A stretch of 64,000 nucleotides of DNA from Eledone cirrhosa (Eukaryota): NCBI GenBank assembly GCA_964016885.1, contig OZ024743.1:70432001-70496000 (forward strand). The letters are read 5' to 3'. Of this stretch, positions 55,375 through 64,000 are shown one piece after another. The translations under genes were made by a program, and so were the position numbers. Under the pieces are notes generated by a model. That model was given only the letters and a program-made list of their open reading frames with translations, did not search any database and was not told where the DNA came from. Numbering within the stretch: position 1 is the stretch's first letter; every line of letters begins with the position of its first letter.

Positions 55375-55700
55375 AACTGGCACTCCGTCGGTTACGGCGA
55401 CGAGTGTTCCAGTTGATATGATCAACAAAACAGCCTGCTCGTGAAATTAACGTGCAAGTAGCTGAGCATTTCACAGACACGAGTACCATTAACGTAATTC
55501 CCAGGGAGATTCAGCGTGACACAGAATACGACAAGGTATTCCTTCGAATTACAGATGCAACTCATTTTTGCCAGCTGAGTGGACTGGAGCAACGTGAAAT
55601 AAAGTATCTTGCTGAAGGACACAACGTGGCGCCGGGAATTGAACTCGAATTGGAATACGATTGTGAGCTGAATACCCTAACCACAAAGCCAAGTGCCTTC
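55375..55700 (-). mobile_element. SINE family B-related element
   Basis: CAGCTGAGTGGACTGGAGCAACGTGAAATAAAG and CAGGGAGATTCAGCGTGACACAG shared with 48.8 kb and 49.6-49.9 kb. Confidence 0.75.
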
Positions 55701-56101
55701 ATTAGTGGTAGTATTAATTATAAAAGAAATAGCAGGCTATTAGCTATATTGCAAAGGAGCATTGCCATAGGTAGAAATAACCCCCCACCCCTCTCACATT
55801 TTGGCTTCCTATACATCTCCACTTTTGAGTCTTTGAAAGTGAAGCCCCTTGTTTATATGTTTGAAAATAGTTTCTTGATGAAGAAAAACTAAAGCGTAAC
55901 CTAATAGATGAAATATCTAAAATCACCACACCAGCAGAAAAACTAACATTTATAAGCCTTATACGCCCCGAAGAACAGTACATTACTCAAGAATGTAATA
56001 AGCACTTTAACAGAAAATTAAAGTGGCTTAAACGGGCAAAGCTAAATCGGGATACTATAGAGTATACCAATAGATATCCCGACAAAATTGACGGTATCAA
56101 C

Positions 56102-59100
56102 ATGGCCGACACCTCATTATCTGAAGAGTTCAACAATGAAAATACCAACATTTATGGAAACACGGAAATAGATAATAATGAAATGTCTGTGTTACGTCTG
56201 CCACCCAAATTTGCGACATTCAAGAAGGTAAATATGATTAGTTGTCTGTCAGAAATAGAAAAATCATTTACGAAACTACGCTGGAGCATCAAAAACAAAA
56301 ACAAAAGCAACAATATACGCACACACATATACAACACACATCCCAACAACAACAGACACACAGACACAAACAACAATAACAACAACAATAGCAACATACC
56401 CAGATACAACACCAACAATAGCAACATACCCAGATACAACAGACACGCAGACACAAACAACAATAACAACACACACGGAGACAACAATAACAACAACACA
56501 CACATCAACAACAACAACAACAGCAACATACCCAGATACAACAACAACAGACACGCAAACACAAACAACAATAACAACACACACAACAACGATAACACAC
56601 ACACACACGGAGACAACAACACACATCAACAACAACACACATCAACAACAACAACACACACACATTCAATGCCTCTCACCACCACTACAATCTTAACAAA
56701 CACACAGACACAGAAAACAAGTAATGACAGTAGCACAGAAATCAGAGAAATAAGAGAAAGTAATAGGATTAAAAGGAGAAGGGAGACTAAGGACAAAGAG
56801 AATAACCAAGACGAACACACAGACACACAAAATAGGGTAGATAACAACATTGAGCCAGTGGAAAGAGACAGGAGTAATTATGAGAGACATAGAAACAACC
56901 ATGAAGCTGAGGCTGCTGCTGTTGGTGGAAATAGAAACAACACAACTAACAATAGCACTAGTACACATAAAGCAGCAGCCTGGAACTCTCCGTTTTATAA
57001 CCCCTCCGATAAATCATTCGACCTACGACGAGTCCACGCCACGACTTTGCCATTTAACAAACGCACGCAGTTGCCGTCGCAGGTCGATGAACAAACAGAA
57101 GCACAATTTAGTATAGCTAAATCCGAACTTAGAAATATTATAGAACAGTATAGCAAGAAGCATAATAGAATAGAGGACCAGCAACTGGGAGAAGAATCTG
57201 CAAATGGCTTGCGTAAGCTCATGCAGCGCTCGCGTAATGGAGAGATAGCATGCTTTCCAACAGACAAGTCTGGCAGAATGTCGGTTGACAGCCTGCCAAA
57301 CTACATCCAGGCAATGCAACTCCACATCACTAACACAAGAGAGGTAACACCACAGGAGCATGAGGATAGAGAAAAAACCCTCAATGCCCATATGGTGATG
57401 TGGACAAATATAATTCAGCCCAACAAAAGGACTGCCAACAACTTCCAGGCCTGGAACAATGACGTTCCGGCGTTGTATGGGCTTCGAAAAGACCATAAAA
57501 CGGGCTGGGACCCTGTCGCGGGACCACCAACACGGCCAGTCTGTGGGGCTAACATTGCTAGTAACTACAGACTGTCCTACTTCCTCTCCCTGATCATACG
57601 CCCCATCATTGAGATGTCCCCAGATGTGTGTGACAGCACGGAGGACCTCCTCAGCAGAATCGGCGCGGGTAATCGATATGGGGACCTAACAAACTGCATA
57701 ATAGGCAGTATGGATGTTGTGTCCCTGTATCCATCTATTGACGTGGATTTTGCTGTGGAAAAATGCGTCGAAATGATCAGCGAGAGCAAGGTTGGGTTCC
57801 GTGGGATTGATACCAGTGAGCTGGGACTTCTACTTAAGCTTACCCATAGTAATAGTTACCTAGACACTTATGACCTTAGCAACCTGTGCCCTACAAGACC
57901 AGCAAGAGGCAGACCACCTACCATTACCTCAATGGCCAAGAAAACCCACACAGATAGATTGAACGGGTGGACCAGAGCCATACGGACACCCGAAAACCAC
58001 GATGAACTGAAGAAAATGATTGCACATGCGGTAGGGGCCAGCATAAAATTAACCCTTAAGGAACATATGTTCAAATTTAATGGTAAAACATATGCCCAAG
58101 AGGAAGGAGCAGCCATTGGTGTTAGCATTGCAGGCGACATAGCTAACTTGTTCATGGTATGGTGGGACAGTAGACTTAAACAAAAACTTAATGAACAATT
58201 AGAAGACAGCTTAACCCTGATAATGTACTCCCGCTACGTAGATGATATAAACATCGTAGTTAAGACACCCCCACTAAAGAACAGTCAGGAACCAGAGAAA
58301 AACACAATGGAAAGCATCCAGCAAATAGCAAACTCCATCCACCAGAGCATTAGAGTTACTATAGACTACCCAAGTAGACACCCCAACCATCGATTACCTG
58401 TACTAGACACAGAGCTCTGGTTAGATACTATTAACAACCAAAAACAAATCCTCCATTCCCATTATGCCAAACCCATGACTTCCAAACATCTGATCCACCG
58501 AAACTCGGCCATTTCGGACCATACCAAAATCAACATACTGATTGCGGATTTGGTACGGGTGATGAGAAATGTGTCCCGCATGTGCAACCCCGAAGAACTA
58601 GAGAGACACATACAACACTTCATCCACCGTATGCAGTTCTCTGGCTACAATCAGAGAGATAGAATCAGAGTGTATAAAGGAGCCAGAACCAAATGGGAAA
58701 AAATGGTAAATAATGACATAAATGGGACCTGCCCCTTGTATAGGAGTAAATTTTGGAATAGAATAGAAAGAACTAAGAACAAGGCCAATAGAATAAACTC
58801 ATGGTATGATAGCAATAAATACCAGAGTGTAATGTTCATCAATACAACCCCTAGAGGCGAACTAGCCTACAAATTTAGAAGGGCCCTAAAGAAACATAAT
58901 CTCAATATTAAGATAGTAGAAAGACCTGGTACCTCCGTAAAAACACTTATTAGCAAGACATACCCGTTCCAAAGACCCTCATGTATAGATAAGAAATGTA
59001 TAACCTGTAAAATAAGCCCCCATATTAACTGTAAAACTAGAAATGTAGTATATAGCATAAGATGTACTGAAGGACAATGTAGAAACAAAAATATAGTGTA

Positions 59101-59365
59101 CATAGGTGAGACAGCTCGTAGTATAGGGGAACGAATAAATGAACACTGGCGAGACCTCCAAGATAGTAAAGAATCATCTGTGCTCTACCAACATGCTAAG
59201 ATAGAACACAGGGGTAAATTAGAGAGCATAGAAATAAAAATAGAATCCACACACAAGAAAGACGCAATGTTTAGGCAAATTACAGAGGCAGTAAGCATAA
59301 AAGAATTAAAACCAAAATTAAATAGAAAATATGAGTGGAACAGCAACATCACAACTTACAATTAA
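56102..59365 (+). CDS. Penelope-like retrotransposon ORF: Asn-rich insert, reverse transcriptase, Cys-rich linker, GIY-YIG endonuclease
   Basis: PTDKSG, LYGLRKDHK, PTRPV, SMDVVSLYPSI, QEEGAAIG, RYVDD, LPVLD, CIDKKCITC..C, NVVYSIRC..YIGETARSIGERINEH, ITEAVSI..PKLN; frame is open upstream to 55871. Confidence 0.95.
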   Translation: MADTSLSEEFNNENTNIYGNTEIDNNEMSVLRLPPKFATFKKVNMISCLSEIEKSFTKLRWSIKNKNKSNNIRTHIYNTHPNNNRHTDTNNNNNNNSNIPRYNTNNSNIPRYNRHADTNNNNNTHGDNNNNNTHINNNNNSNIPRYNNNRHANTNNNNNTHNNDNTHTHGDNNTHQQQHTSTTTTHTHSMPLTTTTILTNTQTQKTSNDSSTEIREIRESNRIKRRRETKDKENNQDEHTDTQNRVDNNIEPVERDRSNYERHRNNHEAEAAAVGGNRNNTTNNSTSTHKAAAWNSPFYNPSDKSFDLRRVHATTLPFNKRTQLPSQVDEQTEAQFSIAKSELRNIIEQYSKKHNRIEDQQLGEESANGLRKLMQRSRNGEIACFPTDKSGRMSVDSLPNYIQAMQLHITNTREVTPQEHEDREKTLNAHMVMWTNIIQPNKRTANNFQAWNNDVPALYGLRKDHKTGWDPVAGPPTRPVCGANIASNYRLSYFLSLIIRPIIEMSPDVCDSTEDLLSRIGAGNRYGDLTNCIIGSMDVVSLYPSIDVDFAVEKCVEMISESKVGFRGIDTSELGLLLKLTHSNSYLDTYDLSNLCPTRPARGRPPTITSMAKKTHTDRLNGWTRAIRTPENHDELKKMIAHAVGASIKLTLKEHMFKFNGKTYAQEEGAAIGVSIAGDIANLFMVWWDSRLKQKLNEQLEDSLTLIMYSRYVDDINIVVKTPPLKNSQEPEKNTMESIQQIANSIHQSIRVTIDYPSRHPNHRLPVLDTELWLDTINNQKQILHSHYAKPMTSKHLIHRNSAISDHTKINILIADLVRVMRNVSRMCNPEELERHIQHFIHRMQFSGYNQRDRIRVYKGARTKWEKMVNNDINGTCPLYRSKFWNRIERTKNKANRINSWYDSNKYQSVMFINTTPRGELAYKFRRALKKHNLNIKIVERPGTSVKTLISKTYPFQRPSCIDKKCITCKISPHINCKTRNVVYSIRCTEGQCRNKNIVYIGETARSIGERINEHWRDLQDSKESSVLYQHAKIEHRGKLESIEIKIESTHKKDAMFRQITEAVSIKELKPKLNRKYEWNSNITTYN

Positions 59366-59560
59366 GGACAAAATGAAAACACACACACACATAGAACAAA
59401 CAACTTACAATTGAAAACACACACAAAATGAAAACACACACAAGACAAAATGAAAACACACACACACATAGAACAAACAACCAACCAACAATAAATAAAT
59501 AAATAAACAAACAAATATAAATAGAAAAATAGAAAAATGAACACAAACACACACAGACAC

Positions 59561-59616
59561 CCGGATGTGGCGCATGCGCAAACTGAGCACGCAACCCACA
59601 CACAAACAAAATGGCG
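59561..59616 (+). promoter_or_regulatory. candidate pLTR promoter motif cluster (ETS-, NRF1- and YY1-like sites)
   Basis: CCGGATGT 59561-59568, GCGCATGCGCA 59570-59580, AAAATGGCG 59608-59616. Confidence 0.45.
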
Positions 59617-59662
59617 TAGGATAGAAGAAAGGAAAGGCACAGAAACGAAGAAAGAAATCCCC

Positions 59663-59707
59663 AGTCACTGAAGAGGTCACAGAGTGTGTGACGAAAGAAC
59701 TATGACT
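59663..59707 (+). ncRNA. minimal type I hammerhead ribozyme in the PLE 3' pLTR
   Basis: AGTCA-CTGAAGA-G-GTCAC-agagtgt-GTGAC-GAAA-GAAC-TA-TGACT. Confidence 0.85.
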
Positions 59708-59862
59708 ATATATATATAAACAACTATCTGGTTGTGGAACCAACCAACCAACCAACCAGAAATTTATAAATTTGTAAATTTATAAATATATATTAAATTA
59801 AATTGAAGTGAAAGCAACTGGTGCGTGTGTTTCTTATTGGCAACATGACCCTCCCAAAGTAT

Positions 59863-59945
<83 letters not shown>

Positions 59946-59950
<5 letters not shown>

Positions 59951-60082
59951 TCAGATGAAATTCGATTATGTGATATTCCGTCGGCAGGAAAAAACACACG
60001 TCCTTTTGCTCATGCATAAGCCTGCTGGACGCATGAGCAAAAGGACGTGTGTTTTCACAAAATCGAATTTCATCTGAGGATA
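59946..60082. repeat. nested inverted repeat (fold-back)
   Basis: Outer TATCCTCAGATGAAATTCGATT arm, inner AAAACACACGTCCTTTTGCTCATGC arm. Confidence 0.85.
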
Positions 60083-60199
60083 CCGTTCTCATAACAACAA
60101 CAAATGCATGAATTACATCTTTATTGCATGGGAGAACCGTTGAAATAATTATAATGAATAAACGATTTATGCAACAACATCATCTTTATTAATGTTATC

Positions 60200-60534
60200 A
60201 GTATTAGTAGGGGGTCGAACGGCATGCTTTGTAGCATAGAGTTACGGCCCTTTGTGATCTGAGTTCAAATCCCGCCGAAGTTTACTTTGCATTTTATCCT
60301 TACGAGGTCAATAAAATAAAGTACCAGTCACGCACTGGGGTCCATTTAATCGACTTTCCTCCTCAAAATTTCTGACCTTGTGCCTATATAAGAAACCATT
60401 ATTATTACATATATATATTCTGAGTACAAATCCCGCCGAGGTTAGCTTTGCCTTTCATCCTTACGGGGTCGATAAAATAAAGTACCAGTAATACACTGGG
60501 TATTTGCTGGCCTTGTGCTTAACGTTGAAACAAT

Positions 60535-60594
<60 letters not shown>

Positions 60595-60905
60595 TACGAT
60601 CTGAGTTCAAATCCCGCCGAGGTTGACTTTGCCTTTCATCCTTACGGGGTCGATAAAATAAAGTACCAGTAATGCACTGGTTAATTGCTGGCCTTGTGCC
60701 TAAAGTAGAAACAATTATTATATATATATATAGGGTGGTGGATTGGCAGTATCGGTAGAGGGTCGGTCGCCATGCTTTATGGTCTGAGTTCGAATCCTAC
60801 GGAGGTTAAATTTGCCTTTCATCCTTACGGGGTCGCTAAAATAAAGTACCAGTTATACACTGGGATAATTGCTGGCCTTGTGCCAAAAGTAGAAACAATT
60901 ATTAT
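60200..60905 (+). mobile_element. four tandem SINE family A copies
   Basis: Consensus match. Confidence 0.85.
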
Positions 60906-60912
60906 ATATATA

Positions 60913-61620
60913 TCTGTTTGTTTACATGTCTCGCTCATTTCACACTATTCTACGTGTCCCAATAATTTTTTTAGTTATTGTTCGTACCAGCCAGAGGTAT
61001 ATGATCTTTAATGCGAAGAAATACCAAAGACGCTGGAAGATCACTGATGACGGACGTCTTCTCGCTCTAATTTTATTCATATGTATCCCATTTGCAACAA
61101 CGCATCACGCCATTTTCCATTTATATTTTTCCCTCCGCTGTGACCAGTCTGTTTCTTTCTTACTGTTATCCCCTTCTCTCCCCCCTGTATCTCTCACCTT
61201 CATTTCACCCCCTCTGCCAATCACTCTCTCTCAGCTGGCCTCTTCCTCACACTTTCACTCACTCTCTCTCTGCTACTCCCCCTCTCTCACTTCCTCCCGT
61301 CAGACCTGTGCGAAATCCTTTTCTCGCTTACATCTCACACGGCTCGGACGCGTCTGTGTCTCTCCTCGCCCATGATTCGTCGAACTTAAGTTCATAGATA
61401 TCACGGACTTGTTTCCCCTCTTCCTCTCTTTCTGTTGCATTACCGTCTCTGTTTGTTTACATGTCTCGCTCGCTTCACTCTATTCTACGTGTCCCAATAA
61501 CTGTTTTTAGTTATTGCTCGCACCAGCCAGAGGTATATGATCTTTAATGCAAAGAAATACCAACGACTGCTGGAAGATCACTGATGACGGACGTCTTCTC
61601 GCTATAATTGTATTCATATA
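60913..61620 (+). mobile_element. retrozyme-like element: two ~170-bp direct repeats, each with a permuted hammerhead (60980-61055, 61516-61592)
   Basis: CCAGC-caga-GGTA-TA-TGATCTT..GAAA-TACC..GCTGG-AAGATCA-CTGATGA-CGGAC; non-coding pyrimidine-rich interior; (TA)n flanks. Confidence 0.75.
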
Positions 61621-61758
61621 TATATCAGAATTAGCCGTCGAAACGGCCTGAGCTCAGCCGTCGGGGTCTTACTCGTTCCTATTACCCACTCTAATACTCT
61701 AAGTATTGAGTACTTTGGTGCGTTATGGTCCACCTGGTTCCTTACCACATTTCCTTCG

Positions 61759-61823
<65 letters not shown>

Positions 61824-61842
61824 AAAAGAAGTAGAAATAATT

Positions 61843-61878
<36 letters not shown>

Positions 61879-61922
61879 CTTAAAAAGAAGAGAACTAAGG
61901 TTATCTATATAAATCTATTTTT

Positions 61923-62054
61923 AATGCCTACGATCGTTTCCATACAAGTTAAAAGCTTACATACAAAATGTAAACAACAAGTCTATCAGAAGCAATTAAT
62001 TGACAATTAGTTACGCCATACACAATACATCAACACCGGCATATCATCAGGAAT
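61923..62054 (-). ncRNA. type I hammerhead with long stem II insertion
   Basis: Minus strand AATTC-CTGATGA-TATG..(about 100 nt)..GAAA-CGATCG-TA-GGCATT. Confidence 0.6.
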
Positions 62055-62445
62055 TATGAAAAGGGATTGAATTTGACCAGATACATATTTCAAGAAAATA
62101 AGCAGTATCAAATGTTGTGTGTGTGTAAGAGAGAGTGTGTGTGTGAGTGAGTGTGTGTGTGTTTCTCAGTGTGTGTGTGTGTGTTTACTTCTGACATTAC
62201 TCTTTGGCTAAATTCAGAGTGGCGACAAGAAATAAACTCATTAATAACATTAAAAAATACAATATATTCTACTTTATCACTGAGAACGTTTTCCTCGTTT
62301 TTGCATATGCAAGCATTATATGTATATATAAAGTACCAGTAATGCACTGGGTAATTGCTGGCCTTGTGCCTAAAGTAGAAACAATTATATGTATATGTGC
62401 GGGTATGTGTGTGTATATATATATATATATGTGCGTGTATGTGTG

Positions 62446-62518
<73 letters not shown>

Positions 62519-62614
62519 TGTGTATGTGTATGTGTGTGCGCTCGTGTATATATATATATATATATACATTTATGTATATACACACATATATATATACATG
62601 CATACACATACATA

Positions 62615-63148
62615 CCACCACCACCACCACCACCACCATTACCATCACCATCACCACCACCATCACCATCACCATTACCATCACCACCACCACCTCCATC
62701 ACCACCACGACCAACACCACCACCATCTCCACCGCCACCACCACCACCACCTCCATCACCACCACCACCACCACCACCGCCGCCGCCGCCGCCACCTCCA
62801 TCACCATCACCATCACCACCACCACCACCACCACCACCACCACCGCCGCCGCCGCCACCTCCATCACCATCACCATCACCATCACCAGCACCACCACCAC
62901 CACCATCACCACCACCACCACCTCCATCACCATCATCACCACCACCACCACCACCTCCATCACCACCACCACCACCACCACCACCACCACCACCACCACC
63001 ACCACCATCAACTATAGAGGGAGTAGTGAGGTCGGGGAAGTAAGAGTTTGTTGTTCCTAAGGTTAAATTGAGACGATACAGTTGTTTTGAAAATAAATAT
63101 TTTCTCAATGTTTGTTTAAAGATCGCTTTCTTGAGTATGAAATGGAGA

Positions 63149-63228
<80 letters not shown>

Positions 63229-63233
63229 CACAC

Positions 63234-63270
<37 letters not shown>

Positions 63271-63316
63271 TCCACCCCACCACCACCCCACACACACATA
63301 TCCCCCCCCACACACA

Positions 63317-63355
<39 letters not shown>

Positions 63356-63945
63356 ATACGCACGCAGACACACACGCACACACACATATATATATATATA
63401 AATATATATATGGTGGTGGTGGTGGTGGTGGTGATGGTGATGGGGGGGGGGGGGGGGTGATTGAGATGGAGAAGATGGCGATAATAGTGATGGAGGTGGT
63501 GTTGGTGATGGGGGGGTGATTGAGGTGGAGAAGATGGCGATGATAGTGATGGAGGTGGTGGTGATGCTGGTGATGGCGTGGTGGGGGTGATGATGCTGGT
63601 GATGATGGTGATGGAGGTGGTGGTGGTGATGATGATGGAGGTGGTGGTGATGATGGTGGTGGTGGTGGTGATGGTGATGATGATGATAATGGTGATGGAG
63701 TTGGTGGTGATGATGGTGTTGATGATGAGGATGATGGCGATGATGGTGATGATCATGGTGACCATAGCAATTATGCTGATGATGAATATGATTGCGATAG
63801 TTTATGATAGTGATTATGATCATGGTGGTGATGATGATGGTGTTATTGTGCTGATAATGATGTTGATGGTGGCGGCGATGGTAGTGATTATGGTGATGCT
63901 AATGGTGATTATGATGGTGATGGTGATGGTTTATGGTCATAAGGG

Positions 63946-63977
<32 letters not shown>

Positions 63978-64000
63978 GCTGTGGTGCTGGCGGCGGTGGT
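62615..64000. repeat. compound (CCA)n, (CA)n and (GGT/GAT)n microsatellites
   Basis: Directly visible. Confidence 0.9.

Noticed and set aside
55452-55892. 146-aa ORF upstream of the PLE as an ORF1
   Set aside because: Mostly antisense SINE sequence and in a different frame from the PLE ORF

Overview
Eukaryotic, extremely repeat-rich DNA dominated by (TA)n, (CA)n, (GATA)n and (GGT)n microsatellites. The SINE families and repeat landscape suggest a cephalopod (octopus-like) genome; this is inference only. No convincing host gene is present, and most ORFs in the track are microsatellite artefacts. Supported features: one long Penelope-like element (PLE) ORF with RT and GIY-YIG domains (56102-59365), three further PLE endonuclease remnants, fragments of Tx1/L1-, CR1/L2-, RTE- and R4/Dong-type LINEs, a decayed hAT transposase, non-autonomous Helitrons, many SINEs and a tRNA-Ile(AAT). 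The main signal is an unusually dense set of hammerhead ribozyme (HHR) motifs in short elements embedded in (TA)n, many folded back as inverted repeats. Six copies, in two sequence-unrelated families, have the three hammerhead core strands in a non-circularly permuted, pseudoknotted order (UH strand, then GAAA strand, then CUGANGA strand), supported by compensatory base changes. Two of these delimit a 536-nt retrozyme-like monomer. All RNA structures were folded by eye and coordinates of decayed repeats are approximate.
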